Source of the DNA: Spirochaetota bacterium
GTDB taxonomy: Bacteria > Spirochaetota > UBA4802 > JAGODF01
Assembly (NCBI GenBank): GCA_029974015.1
Contig: JARKUF010000017.1
Span: 16,206-80,205 of the forward strand
Length of the DNA stretch: 64,000 bases
Direction: 5' to 3'
In this document: positions 9,000 through 19,188 of the stretch, one piece after another
Numbering within the stretch: position 1 is the first letter of the stretch
Layout: each line of letters opens with the position of its first letter
Program-made: the position numbers and the translations under genes
The notes under the pieces: model-generated
Databases searched by the model: none
What the model saw: the letters and a program-made list of their open reading frames with translations, nothing else
What the model was told of the DNA's origin: nothing

Positions 9000-11092
9000 C
9001 TCTCAATCCTCATACGTGAGTCAAGGGCGCAGGTCCCGGAGCCATCGGCCAACAGACGGAGCGGGTTCACATCGAGCTCCTTAATTTCCGGAAAGGCGGA
9101 TAAAAGCTGTGATACTCTGACAATGGCATCGACATATCCTTCGATGTCCGCCCGGGGCTTTCCCCTGAAGCCCTTCAGCATTTTGTAGGATTTCAATCGG
9201 GCGAGCTTTCTCCTTATGTCGTCGGGGCGTACAGGGCAGACCGCGCTTGCAATGTCTTCGAACACCTCTACATAGATGCCGCCGAAACCGAAGATTACAA
9301 CGGGGCCGAAGGAGATGTCGTATTTTCCGCCGATGAACATATCGTACCCTTCTCCCGCCATCCTCTGGACGCGTACGCCATCGAACCTTGCGCCCTTTTT
9401 GTACTTCGCAAGGTTTTCTTTGATTGTTTCGAAGGCGCGTTTCGCCTCCTCTGCGTCTTTCACTCCCACAACAACCCCGCCTGATTCTGTTTTATGGAGC
9501 GCGTCGGGAGATACGACCTTCATAACCACGGGGAAGCCGAAACCGCCAGCTATTGCGGCCGCCTCCCCGGGGCTTTTCGCTATCTTTGATTCGGCGGTTG
9601 AAAGGCCGCAGAGTTCCAGCACGTCCAGGGTTTCTTCCCCTAATATGTTGCCCTGCGTATCGAGCCATTTTTTTACAGCGGCAATGTCGATGCTTTCCGG
9701 CGGCCCTTCGGCCGGCTCATTTTTTTTGGCATGATAATCGCGCTGAAAAGCAAGTGCGCGCACCATTTCCTCGGGGCTGTTGAAGATGGGGAAGTTTACA
9801 TTCTGTTTCACCTGATGCATGTAGCCCGCCAGGCCATAGAGGCATATTCCCAGGGGTTTTCCCGAGGAGAGGATTGCTCCATAGGTTTCTTTTGAAAGGT
9901 CCGTGAGGAACATGTTGTAAAAGACGTTTTCCCCCTCGGGCATTTTGGGGCGCTGGCTTATAAAAACCGCGCCGTCCACGTTCTCATTGTGCATCACCGA
10001 TACCACCACATGGGCCACCATCTGCGGGTCGTAAATATCCCCCAGGTCCAGCGGGTTGGAGAACTTGATGACCCCGGCGTTCGCGAAATCCTGTAGGCTC
10101 CTGTAAAAATCCTCGCCCGGGTCGGCGAATTCGAAACCCGATTCTTCGCACAGGTCCGCCCCTATAACCGAGAACCCGCCGGCGGGGCTCATCACCATGA
10201 TGCGCTTCCCTTTCATGGGCGGGATCTGGAAGGCCTTCGCCACGGCCATAAAGTCGCTGTAGTTACGGATGCGGATGATGCCTGCGTCCTCAAAGGCGGC
10301 GTCGATGATGTCCTCGTCGTTTGAAAGGGCGTCGGTGTGGCTCATGGCGGCCTTCTTTCCGGCGCTGGTCGTGTTGGATTTGTAAACCACAACGGGCTTT
10401 CCGATTTTGCGGGCCATCGCGGCGAGGTCGCGGCCCCGGACCACGCTTTCAAGGTACATGCAGATGATGTCGGTCTCCGGGTCCTCGCCCAGGTATTTCA
10501 GGAAATCGACCTCGTCGAGGTCGAGCTTGTTTCCTATGCTGGCGAACTTTGCCATGCCGATGTGCTCGTCCATCATCAGGTTCCACATCATGAGCCCCAC
10601 GCCGCCGCTCTGGGTGATGATGGACATGCCCCCCTTGGGGGGCCGAAAGAGGGGAACGAAGGGAAGGCAGAGGCCGTTGGTGGTGTTTGCAACCATGATG
10701 CCGTTCGGCCCCACGAAGCGGATGCCGTGCCTGCGGGCTGTCCGGAGGAGGAGGTCGGATAGGAGCTTGCCTTCCCCGCCATACTCCGAAAATCCGCCGG
10801 TGGGGATGGCCATCCGCTTTATGCCGAAATTTCCGCAGGCGTCAACGTATTCCGGTACGAATTTTGCGGGGATGAGGCAGACCGCAAGGTCGGGCACTTC
10901 CGGGAGGTCCTCGATGTTTTTGTACATCTTGATCCCGTCCACATGCGAGTATTCGCTCCTGGGGTTGGTCCCGAAAATCCTTCCGCGGTATCCCCAGCGA
11001 AGGAGGTTTTCCAGAATCATCCTGGGGATATTGTTCGGTTTCGGTGAAAGCCCAATGATGACTATCGACTCGGGATAAAATATTTTTTCCAT
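8996..11092 (-). CDS. ADP-forming acetate/acyl-CoA ligase (fused alpha-beta)
   Basis: GPNG, SIGNKLD, SHT phospho-His motif; ATP-grasp domain VMKVVSPDALHKTESGGV, ELDVNPL. Start at 11092 with GGAGGT RBS. Confidence 0.9.
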   Translation of the reverse strand: MEKIFYPESIVIIGLSPKPNNIPRMILENLLRWGYRGRIFGTNPRSEYSHVDGIKMYKNIEDLPEVPDLAVCLIPAKFVPEYVDACGNFGIKRMAIPTGGFSEYGGEGKLLSDLLLRTARRHGIRFVGPNGIMVANTTNGLCLPFVPLFRPPKGGMSIITQSGGVGLMMWNLMMDEHIGMAKFASIGNKLDLDEVDFLKYLGEDPETDIICMYLESVVRGRDLAAMARKIGKPVVVYKSNTTSAGKKAAMSHTDALSNDEDIIDAAFEDAGIIRIRNYSDFMAVAKAFQIPPMKGKRIMVMSPAGGFSVIGADLCEESGFEFADPGEDFYRSLQDFANAGVIKFSNPLDLGDIYDPQMVAHVVVSVMHNENVDGAVFISQRPKMPEGENVFYNMFLTDLSKETYGAILSSGKPLGICLYGLAGYMHQVKQNVNFPIFNSPEEMVRALAFQRDYHAKKNEPAEGPPESIDIAAVKKWLDTQGNILGEETLDVLELCGLSTAESKIAKSPGEAAAIAGGFGFPVVMKVVSPDALHKTESGGVVVGVKDAEEAKRAFETIKENLAKYKKGARFDGVRVQRMAGEGYDMFIGGKYDISFGPVVIFGFGGIYVEVFEDIASAVCPVRPDDIRRKLARLKSYKMLKGFRGKPRADIEGYVDAIVRVSQLLSAFPEIKELDVNPLRLLADGSGTCALDSRMRIER

Positions 11093-11328
11093 GAGGACCT
11101 CCAGTCCAGTTTGTGGGGCGCGGACCGTTGCGGCCATGAGCAAACAATTTTTGTAGGATATGCCCTTTCCTTCCGTCCAGTCAACAAGAAATGGCGGAGT
11201 AAAGAGGGCCTTCAATCAAAAAAAATCCGCATCAAATAGTATTGACATTTTTCGCAATTCCGAACCATGATCCAATTGAGATGGAAAAAGCGCCATCGGC
11301 CGACTCAGTCGCAGGGACGAAGTAAGCG

Positions 11329-11874
11329 ATGAAAGACATCAAACGCTACAGCGAGAGGCTGAAAAAAATACTCACGAACGAAGAGCTTAGCATCTTCCGC
11401 AAAGACCGCTACAGCCTCATCGATTTCGGCTACGAGTATGTCGACATCGGCCAGTACCGTAAGGCCTTCGAGCTTTTCAACATCGGCGTGAAGATCAACG
11501 GCTACGACCCCGACATCTTCAACGGGATAGGCATATCCTTATGCGAAATGGGACGCTTCAGGTCCTCGGTGTGGTTCCTGGAAAAGGCGGTTCAGATATA
11601 CCCCGACGACGCCATCATCCTGGCGAACCTTGCGGGGGTATACTGGGAGATATGTGAATATGAAAAGGCCATCTATTACTACACCCGCTCCCTCAAACTT
11701 GACCCGGAAATCGGCGAGACGCACCTCAACATCATCAACCTCTATTACGAGATGGGAGACCTTTTCATGGCCTTCATCTCCTGCCTGGACTATCTGAAGA
11801 TCGCGCCGGATGACCAGCAGGCCCTGGAGCTCAGGGACGACATCATACTGAACCTGGGCATCTCCATGTTTTAA
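11329..11874 (+). CDS. TPR repeat protein
   Basis: Repeated TPR-like helix pairs (e.g. KAIYYYTRSLKLDP). Confidence 0.8.
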   Translation: MKDIKRYSERLKKILTNEELSIFRKDRYSLIDFGYEYVDIGQYRKAFELFNIGVKINGYDPDIFNGIGISLCEMGRFRSSVWFLEKAVQIYPDDAIILANLAGVYWEICEYEKAIYYYTRSLKLDPEIGETHLNIINLYYEMGDLFMAFISCLDYLKIAPDDQQALELRDDIILNLGISMF

Positions 11875-12306
11875 TCAACGCCCTTTAAACTCCTTCACCG
11901 ATTCATCGATAAGTTTTTCAAGGTCAAGCTTCCATCCTCCGCTCTCTTTTATGAGGCGGAAAACCATTTCGTTTCCGCGCAGGTTTTCAATGGGATGCCG
12001 CGCGTATCTGACCTTAATCGTCGCGGTGTTTTCCTGCTTTTTGTTTTCCAGAACGTCCCACACTGAACCGTCAGCGAAGAGCATGGAGAGGCCGTATCCT
12101 GCATCAGCTATGCCGGGCGATACGCGCTCCAGGGCGCCCAGAGACCTTCGGGTCCCCGATGTCATCCAAGGCTTTGCCTCCACATATTTGCCTTCGATGA
12201 AAAGGTTCTTCACCTTTAGAAGCGCCTCCAGGGGCTCGCTTTTGGGTTTTGAGCACGCAGGGAGGAGTGAAAGAAGCGCGAGGAATACCGGGACTGAATA
12301 TTTCAT
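11875..12306 (-). CDS. Putative lipoprotein
   Basis: Signal peptide with lipobox LLPAC; C-terminal LIKESGGWKL typical of NTF2-like lipoproteins; GAGGTG RBS. Confidence 0.7.
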   Translation of the reverse strand: MKYSVPVFLALLSLLPACSKPKSEPLEALLKVKNLFIEGKYVEAKPWMTSGTRRSLGALERVSPGIADAGYGLSMLFADGSVWDVLENKKQENTATIKVRYARHPIENLRGNEMVFRLIKESGGWKLDLEKLIDESVKEFKGR

Positions 12307-12360
12307 ACATCACCTCATGTAGTAATCATCCGGGAGGATATTTTGCAAATTTTGCGCTCC

Positions 12361-12395
12361 GGTTTTTCCGCCTTTTTATGCCGGTAGCTGCAATT
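12361..12395 (+). repeat. Internally deleted, degenerate copy of the intergenic element
   Basis: GGTTTTTCCGCC joined via a T run to TATGCCGGTAGCTGCAATT (consensus TTTGCCAGTAGTTACAATT). A palindrome-B-like sequence lies at 12503-12537. Confidence 0.4.
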
Positions 12396-12575
12396 CATTT
12401 GAGTTAGCCCGGAGACTACCCGGCATCAGGAAAAATAGCAAGAAGTAATTGACGATACCGGCGGGCCATGGTATCGGCTTTGTTTCATATACGATGTTTG
12501 CCATAGGGGGCCTCAATTTTGAAGGAAGCTCCCCTGTGGGCAGAAATATTTCCACAATCGTCAGGGGGATGATAT

Positions 12576-13355
12576 TTGGCCATGAACCATTGCAAGCGCG
12601 CCCTGGTTATTATATCCGTTTTTTTCGCACTGGCGGCCGTATTCTGTGAAGAAATGTCCAGGGAGCCTGTGGACCCGTATGGGGAAATTAAAACGCTCCT
12701 CTACGAACAGGAGCGGGCCGCGGAAGCCTTCGCCCTTGCCACGAAGGCCCTGGAAGGACGCCCCGCCGATGCTATGCTCCTGTATCACAGGGGCATGGCC
12801 GGAATGGCGCTGAAGCGGAATGCTGATGCACTTGAGGATTTTTCCGTTGCGCTGAAGCTTGACCCGAAAAACCCAATGGTTTACAACGGGCTGGGTAATA
12901 TTTTCTATCTGCAGTACCAGGACGCAATCGCGGAAAGGTACTGGGCCAGGGGGCTTGCGCTCGCCGGAGACCCGGCAACAAAGGCCCTCTTCTTAGGCAA
13001 TATGTCGCTCATTTCCGCGTCGAAAAAAAAGTATCCCGAGGCAGTCAAACTTCTGAACGAAGCGATTTCCCTTGCCAAGGATGGGCGCTATTACAACTTG
13101 CTGGGAAGAATATATCTGGCCCGGAAAGAGATGAAGAAGGCGCGCGAGGCCTGGACTGCGGCGGTAACGGATCCCGCGATTTCGTTTTCTCAGGCGAGTT
13201 TTCGCCACAACACGCTTTATCGGCTTGCACAGCTCCTCTCGGACCTGAAGGAGGGCCGGGAAGCTCTGAAGTATTGCGGCATGGCGCTGGACCTCTCGCC
13301 AGCGACGGGGGAGTATCAGACGCTGTTTATGAAGCTGAGTAATTCGGTGAAGTAA
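12576..13355 (+). CDS. Exported TPR repeat protein
   Basis: Hydrophobic N-terminus; TPR motifs (ALEDFSVALKLDPKNPMVYNGLG). Confidence 0.8.
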   Translation: MAMNHCKRALVIISVFFALAAVFCEEMSREPVDPYGEIKTLLYEQERAAEAFALATKALEGRPADAMLLYHRGMAGMALKRNADALEDFSVALKLDPKNPMVYNGLGNIFYLQYQDAIAERYWARGLALAGDPATKALFLGNMSLISASKKKYPEAVKLLNEAISLAKDGRYYNLLGRIYLARKEMKKAREAWTAAVTDPAISFSQASFRHNTLYRLAQLLSDLKEGREALKYCGMALDLSPATGEYQTLFMKLSNSVK

Positions 13356-13392
13356 TCTGCGGGGCGATTAACCTGTGGCAAATTTTACAAAC

Positions 13393-13431
13393 TATGAATA
13401 TCCGCCCGTTTTCAGCGGGCGGATATTCATA
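13393..13431. repeat. Hairpin-A variant between convergent genes; probable bidirectional terminator
   Basis: TATGAATATCCGCCCG-N7-CGGGCGGATATTCATA with perfect 16-bp arms; shares the CCGCCCG core with the repeat family. Confidence 0.7.
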
Positions 13432-13454
13432 TACAACATCACATCGGTCAAATG

Positions 13455-14096
13455 TTACAGCTTTTCAATTGCCTCAAGGACCTTCTCCATTGGGAGGGTT
13501 CCCAGGAGCTTTTCAGTTTCGTTTATCACGGTAAGGGGCACCGACTGGACACCGTATTTCACGGATTGGGGAACGAAGGTGGATGCCTCCACCATGTCGG
13601 CGCGTATGTTTTTATTTTCAAGGGCAAGCCTGTGGGCGGTGCTCACGGCACCGGGACAGTAGGGTCAACTAAGTGAGACGAACACCTGCAGGTGAACGTC
13701 TTTATTAATAGCGGCGATGCGCTTCATGATGGGCTCCGGGATGGCCTCCTTAACTCCTGAGGCCTCTATTAAGCTTTTCATGAAGGAATTAATTTCATAT
13801 CCTCCAGGCAGCCCGTAGAACTTCATTCCCGTGTCATTGTCCTTCTCGTCCAAAACCACGATGGCGGGGATCTTGTCCACCCTGTAGTATTCGGCCTTCT
13901 CTTTGTCCTTCACGATGTCGAATACCGTGAGGTTGAGCTTATCCGAGAGGCCGGCGATTTCCTCCACGAACAAACGTGTGTCGTGGCAGGAACCGCATTC
14001 GAATTCCTGGGTGAAGTAGACGAGATTGACCCTGCCCTTCATCCCTCCTAGTATTCCCTTGAGCTGGGAAGATACTTTTTCATCAAAGAGAGCCAT
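13455..14096 (-). CDS. Selenocysteine-containing protein disulfide oxidoreductase (PDO / AhpF N-terminal-domain-like, two thioredoxin folds), 213 aa, Sec144
   Basis: ORFs 13665-14180 and 13455-13646 are in the same frame, separated by one TGA (13665-13667). Read-through gives VFVSLS-U-PYC-PGAV at the second CPYC site. The first site is CGSC. GGAGG RBS before ATG 14096. Confidence 0.88.
13630..13659 (-). promoter_or_regulatory. Candidate bacterial SECIS element
   Basis: Hairpin CGGUGC-CGUGA-GCACCG (17 nt, GU in the loop) starts 11 nt after the UGA, with a lower CUGU/ACAG pairing. Confidence 0.7.
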
Positions 14097-14115
14097 GGCG
14101 CCTCCTAACAGTAAT

Positions 14116-15096
14116 TTATTTTCCCATGAGGATATACTCGCAGGCGGAAAGCGCCGCCTTCGCGCCTTCCCCCGCGGCAATGATGATCTGCTTGTACGGA
14201 ACGCTTGTCACGTCCCCGGCGGCGAAGATTCCCGGAGCTGATGTGCGGCAGGCGCAGTCCACGACGATTTCACCGCGTTCGTTTAAGTCCACGACGCCCT
14301 TCACCATCTCGCTATTGGGTATGAGCCCAATTTCGACGAAAACCCCCTGGACGTCCAGGTCCCGGGCCTTGCCGGTTTTTCTCTCCGCCACGGTGACGGC
14401 GGTGACGCCCTCGTCCCCTTTAACCTCCTTTACCTCATGTTCAAGGAGGATGTCCACATTGCCGTATTTTTCGATTTTGTCGATGAGGATGCCGTCCGCC
14501 GTGAGATGTTCAAGGAACTGCACGAGGGTCACATGCTCGGCAACTTTCGCCAGATCAATGGCCGCCTCAAGGCCCGAGTTTCCGCCCCCAACCACGGCCA
14601 CCCTCTTTCCGGCAAAAAAAGGAGCGTCGCAGATGGCACAGTACGCTACCCCCTTTCCGACGAGCCGGTCTTCCCCGGGCACGCCGAGCTTTCTCCACCT
14701 GTTTCCCGTCGATATGATAACGGTCTTCGCAAGGAAGGTTTCGCCGGAATCGATGGCCACCTTCTTGACGTCTCCCGTCTCGATTTTCAACACTCCGGCC
14801 CCCTCCCGGAAGCCGATTTCGAACTGTTTCACCTGCTCGGAAAAACGGTTCACCAGCTCACGGCCCTCGATGTACTTGTATCCGAGATAATTCTCAATGC
14901 CCGAGGTTTCCGACACCTGGCCGCCTATTTCTCTGGTCACAAACCCGGTCGATACGCCCTTGCGCATGCAGTACACTGCCGCCGTCATGGCGGCGGGGCC
15001 TCCCCCCGTAATAATTACATCGTAAATTCTCTCCGTTTCGAGGGGAACTGTTCGGTGGTCCGTTGTGAACGATCCCAGGTTCAGGTTAAAATCCAT
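14116..15096 (-). CDS. trxB: Thioredoxin reductase / AhpF C-terminal-like FAD disulfide reductase
   Basis: GGGPAA FAD motif, CAICD active site, GGGNSG NAD(P)H motif, TSAPGIFAAGD. Confidence 0.88.
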   Translation of the reverse strand: MDFNLNLGSFTTDHRTVPLETERIYDVIITGGGPAAMTAAVYCMRKGVSTGFVTREIGGQVSETSGIENYLGYKYIEGRELVNRFSEQVKQFEIGFREGAGVLKIETGDVKKVAIDSGETFLAKTVIISTGNRWRKLGVPGEDRLVGKGVAYCAICDAPFFAGKRVAVVGGGNSGLEAAIDLAKVAEHVTLVQFLEHLTADGILIDKIEKYGNVDILLEHEVKEVKGDEGVTAVTVAERKTGKARDLDVQGVFVEIGLIPNSEMVKGVVDLNERGEIVVDCACRTSAPGIFAAGDVTSVPYKQIIIAAGEGAKAALSACEYILMGK

Positions 15097-15282
15097 TTAC
15101 TGCCTCCTGGAATATATTTTAAAACATGGCTCCCGCTCTATTATCGAAAAAGGAAGGAGCACTTGTATGTATATAATTTGAAGGTTTTAATTCAATCATT
15201 TTTTCGTTGACCGGGACTTTGTTTTCACGCGTATTCAAATTCGATTCGAATATGCAAACCGGATTGTGAATGGAGAAGACCG

Positions 15283-15891
15283 ATGAAGCTGTTGGCCGCG
15301 ACCAGAAACAGAGGGAAACAGAGGGAGATAAGGGAGAAATTTTCATCGCTTCGAGAAATTGAAATCGTCACTCCCGACGATTTCGACGGCCTCCCCGATG
15401 TCGTGGAAGATGGGGCAACTTTTGAGGAGAACGCGCTGAAGAAAGCGAGGGAGCTTGCGCGGCTCACGGGGCTCCCCGCCATGGCCGACGACTCGGGCCT
15501 TGAGGTGGACGCCCTGGATGGGGAACCCGGCGTATTTTCCGCCCGCTACGCAGGAGAGGGCGCCTCGGATTTTGACCGGAACGTTTTCTTGTTGGAAAAG
15601 ATGAAAAATATTCCTCCCGGAAAGAGAAGCGCGCGCTTCGTCTGCGTCATAGCCATTGTATTGCCCGACGGCGTTGAAAAAACTGTTAGAGGGACCTGCG
15701 AGGGGGAAATAGCGATGAAGGCCAGGGGCGCTCACGGTTTCGGGTACGACCCCATCTTCCTCCTTCCGGACAGCGGAAAAACCATGGCGGAAATTCCCCT
15801 GGAAGAAAAAAACCTTCTGAGCCACCGCGCCAGGGCCCTGGAAATGGCCGCGGATTTTTTACGCGAAAGAATTCAAAAAGACGGCAGGTAA
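15283..15891 (+). CDS. rdgB: Non-canonical purine NTP pyrophosphatase (XTP/dITP diphosphatase)
   Basis: ATRNRGK, ENALKKA, ADDSGL, PGVFSAR, GFGYDPIF, KN..SHR. Confidence 0.95.
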   Translation: MKLLAATRNRGKQREIREKFSSLREIEIVTPDDFDGLPDVVEDGATFEENALKKARELARLTGLPAMADDSGLEVDALDGEPGVFSARYAGEGASDFDRNVFLLEKMKNIPPGKRSARFVCVIAIVLPDGVEKTVRGTCEGEIAMKARGAHGFGYDPIFLLPDSGKTMAEIPLEEKNLLSHRARALEMAADFLRERIQKDGR

Positions 15892-16020
15892 TTTTTTAAA
15901 AGGCCCTTGAACGCCTCCCTCGATTAAAACTGCTTGAATTTATTATGCCGACCTGTATCGTGCATATCGCCGTTGGCGATCTCCTTTACGGACCATGCTT
16001 TTTTACGGCATCCTGGCCTG

Positions 16021-17538
16021 ATGAAAAAAACTGTACTGACATTATTTATCTTCCTGCTTCTTCTCCAGGGAGCAAGGGCCGCCCGGGCGCCGATTCTGGG
16101 GACCGCCGGAATAGAGGCCACCAATCCCCGCACTCAGGCCCTGGCCCGGCTTGTGGAACTTCATCTGGGCAATATTCTGCGGTCGAACCTGGCCAATCCC
16201 GGCAACTCCTTCGAGACGATCAATCCTGAAACCCTGCAGGAGCAGCTTGCGCGATTCAACTGCCTCGAAGATACCTGCCTTCTCCGCTTCGCCGCCCGTG
16301 CGGGAATAAGCGTGCTTTTTCGCGGCTCCCTTGATGAGCGGACCGATTCCCTTGAACTGGAAATCCGCGCCCTGGGGGCCGAGGCCCCTTACTTCGGCAG
16401 GACCGTTTATCGATACAGGGCCTCCATCCCCACGAAGAACTTGCGGTTGAGCACGCGAGAATACAGCTACATCTTCGAAGAGCATGCGGCGCGCTTTGTC
16501 GGAGAATTCCTGAGGCGGTATCAGCGCCCGGTTTATTTCAGGATTCACGACAATTCTCCCGTCCTTGATACCGGTGAAGCGTTTCGGGGAGTTTTCACGG
16601 TGTACCGCAGCACCCCCGTGGGAAATCCTATACTGGGGTTGAAGCGTTATTGTCCCCTGGGGGCCGTAACGCTTGGGAGCGGGGCGCCCCATGCGCAATT
16701 CCGGCTCCCGATTCTCGATGGCGATTTTATTCTCGTGGGGCATCGGGACAGGGCCGCGGCCCTGGACGAGTTTTATTATGGCCGCAAGAGGGAAATAGTC
16801 CTGGCCCCCGGCAGCCTGAACGACAGCTTCAGCATGCTCCTCTTTACAGTTCCGGGAAGTCTCACCATGCCCCTGGCTTCGCCCATCCTGGGCTATTTCG
16901 CTGACCGGGATTATATGGGACTCGCCCTCTGGTCGCTTAACGCCCCGCCGTATCTTTATATGGAATACAGGGGCCTGAGCAGGCGGCCTCGGGCCCTGGA
17001 AAGGGAGAGGGAAAACATTTCCCGGGACGACATTGCCCGGTATCGCTTCAGCCTCTACATGCTCCTTTGCGGTAATATGGCCCTCTTCGTCGACGCGTTT
17101 GCGGGACGCTATCTTTATCTCGCATCGAATTACCAGGGAGTCCAGCCTTATATGGGTAATAGCTATACCGCTGCATATCTCTCGCTGGTAAGTGGAGGGG
17201 GAGGTCATTTTTATCGGGGGAGCCGCTGCTGGGGATATCTTTATTTCCACCTGAACAATATCCTGCTATATTACACCCTGAGGGAATTCTCCGCGGACAG
17301 GGTGTACGACCCGGTCTCAGGAAAATATATCGAGGGCGATATCGACCGGACCAGGGGTCGGATGTTTCTCGGCGCCTACTGCGTTCTCAAAAGCGTGGAG
17401 ATAATCCATTCCATACTAATGCGGGACCGCCTGCGAAACGGAACCGTGGAAGATGGGGGCGTCGATATCGTCCCCTTCGCAATGCACGACGGAGGCCGGG
17501 GCCTTCAAATCGGGGCGTCGTTTATTGTGAGGTTATAA
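16021..17538 (+). CDS. Exported/membrane hypothetical protein
   Basis: Signal peptide MKKTVLTLFIFLLLLQG; long ORF; C-terminal hydrophobic Gly-rich segments. Confidence 0.65.
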   Translation: MKKTVLTLFIFLLLLQGARAARAPILGTAGIEATNPRTQALARLVELHLGNILRSNLANPGNSFETINPETLQEQLARFNCLEDTCLLRFAARAGISVLFRGSLDERTDSLELEIRALGAEAPYFGRTVYRYRASIPTKNLRLSTREYSYIFEEHAARFVGEFLRRYQRPVYFRIHDNSPVLDTGEAFRGVFTVYRSTPVGNPILGLKRYCPLGAVTLGSGAPHAQFRLPILDGDFILVGHRDRAAALDEFYYGRKREIVLAPGSLNDSFSMLLFTVPGSLTMPLASPILGYFADRDYMGLALWSLNAPPYLYMEYRGLSRRPRALERERENISRDDIARYRFSLYMLLCGNMALFVDAFAGRYLYLASNYQGVQPYMGNSYTAAYLSLVSGGGGHFYRGSRCWGYLYFHLNNILLYYTLREFSADRVYDPVSGKYIEGDIDRTRGRMFLGAYCVLKSVEIIHSILMRDRLRNGTVEDGGVDIVPFAMHDGGRGLQIGASFIVRL

Positions 17539-17545
17539 TGTCAAA

Positions 17546-19051
17546 ATGAACTCGAACCCTGCTACATTCCGGCCGATACTCAAGGCCCTGGCCATGGCGG
17601 CTGCCGTATGCGCCGCCCCCGCTCTCTTAGGCGCTGAGGAAAATGTCGTGGAGGTTTATCCTCCTCGGGTGTTGGTCCTGGCGGAACCACAGACGAGCTC
17701 CCCCTTCATGGCCCTTGCCGAGGAATCTACGGGACAGCTCATCCGGGTTTTCAACCGCCTGGGAAGGTTTCTCCCTGAAGAAAAAAACCGCGTTCTCCGG
17801 GCTTTGTCCTCAATGCCCGGCGATTCGCTTAAGTCCCGGAGCGGGCCCGAGGACGCGGCGCGCCTCTTGAAATCGGACCTCCTGGTGGTCCTCTCTTTTT
17901 CCCAGACCTTTCGTACACACAATGCCGACATTAAAATTCGGGCCATTAACCCGGCCTATCGCCCACTGGAAAAAAACATCAGGGTCCGCAGCAGAATTCC
18001 CCTGAATATTCCACTCAAGCTCGCAAGGGAAGTGTCCCGGCTTCATGAAGGCCTGCCGGTGAAAGCCATTGTCATTGAAAGCGATGAGGACGGGAACGCC
18101 CTCATCAATGCCGGAGAATGGAACGGCCTCAAGAAGGGAGTGTATCATTCTGAAGGGAAGCGCCTGGAAATAATCCAGCCCGGGGAATATCATTCCATCA
18201 TCAGGGCCAATGGCCTGAAAGCCGGAGATTCTGTGACAATCGGGGCCGCTCCCGAAAGCGGCGCTGTGATTCGTGACATTGAGGGCCGCATCGTCAAAAA
18301 TACCATCATGGCCTACGGCCTATCATCGACCTTGCTGAAAAACCAGGATGATGAGGGGCGATTCGCCATTGCAACTTGTGCGATAAATCCGGGTGGAAGC
18401 CTGTGCCTGGGGGGCTATGGCTCTTTTCTTTCCACCTACTACATGGGATTCAGGGACCCGAAACCTTCGTTGCCGGGAATCCTCATCTCCACGGGAACGT
18501 ATTTTATGCAGCTTTCCCTCGTGCCATTTTTAACGGGTTTTAAAGGTAATTTTTTTCCATGGGTGGATGATGGCGATAAGTCCGCAAAGATGCGCCGCCT
18601 CCATATATTCCTCTGGTCCACCATACCCCTTACCTACACGGCCGCGTATTTTGACCAGCTTGCGCACCAGTTTCAAAGGACGGAGCATCTTCCGCCTTTT
18701 TTCATGTATAGGGACAATATGGCCCTGCTCCTTTCGGCGGTCTTTCCCGGCGGCGGCCTCTTCTACAAAGGGTATCGCGTATCCGGCTGGGCTTATTTCT
18801 TCTCGGAGCTGGGCCTCGCCGGCTATGCCTCATATGCATGGGATGAGGGAAATCGAGGGAAGTATGCTCTGGCGGGAGCAGGGGCGGTAAAACTCGTGGA
18901 GTTAATCAGCGCCTACTTAATGCCGTCTACCTATCGTTTTTTCAACATGGAACTGGAAAATGATATCAGGGAGCTTTCCCTGATACTGGAAATGAGGCAG
19001 TTCGATATTCATGAACCGGTGTACGATATCGGGGTCCTGCGGCATTTCTGA
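17546..19051 (+). CDS. Exported/membrane hypothetical protein, probably related to the upstream gene
   Basis: Signal peptide; LSAVFPGGGLFYKG..SGWAYF resembles LSLVSGGGGHFYRG..WGYLYF in the upstream protein. Confidence 0.65.
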   Translation: MNSNPATFRPILKALAMAAAVCAAPALLGAEENVVEVYPPRVLVLAEPQTSSPFMALAEESTGQLIRVFNRLGRFLPEEKNRVLRALSSMPGDSLKSRSGPEDAARLLKSDLLVVLSFSQTFRTHNADIKIRAINPAYRPLEKNIRVRSRIPLNIPLKLAREVSRLHEGLPVKAIVIESDEDGNALINAGEWNGLKKGVYHSEGKRLEIIQPGEYHSIIRANGLKAGDSVTIGAAPESGAVIRDIEGRIVKNTIMAYGLSSTLLKNQDDEGRFAIATCAINPGGSLCLGGYGSFLSTYYMGFRDPKPSLPGILISTGTYFMQLSLVPFLTGFKGNFFPWVDDGDKSAKMRRLHIFLWSTIPLTYTAAYFDQLAHQFQRTEHLPPFFMYRDNMALLLSAVFPGGGLFYKGYRVSGWAYFFSELGLAGYASYAWDEGNRGKYALAGAGAVKLVELISAYLMPSTYRFFNMELENDIRELSLILEMRQFDIHEPVYDIGVLRHF

Positions 19052-19188
19052 AGCATAATGTAAGAGTATTCACGATAATCATATAAGGCATGCGCGAAAA
19101 TATAACTGCTCCACAATAAGCTTGACCTCACGGATGAAGCGCCAAAGAGTGTATTTCCCATTAGCATTGCGCACAGGACAACCAGAGT

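Noticed and set aside
16042-17250. 402-aa antisense ORF, and other long antisense ORFs such as 14126-14890 and 32119-32988
   Set aside because: Shadow ORFs of GC-rich coding strands, with no motifs or RBS support.
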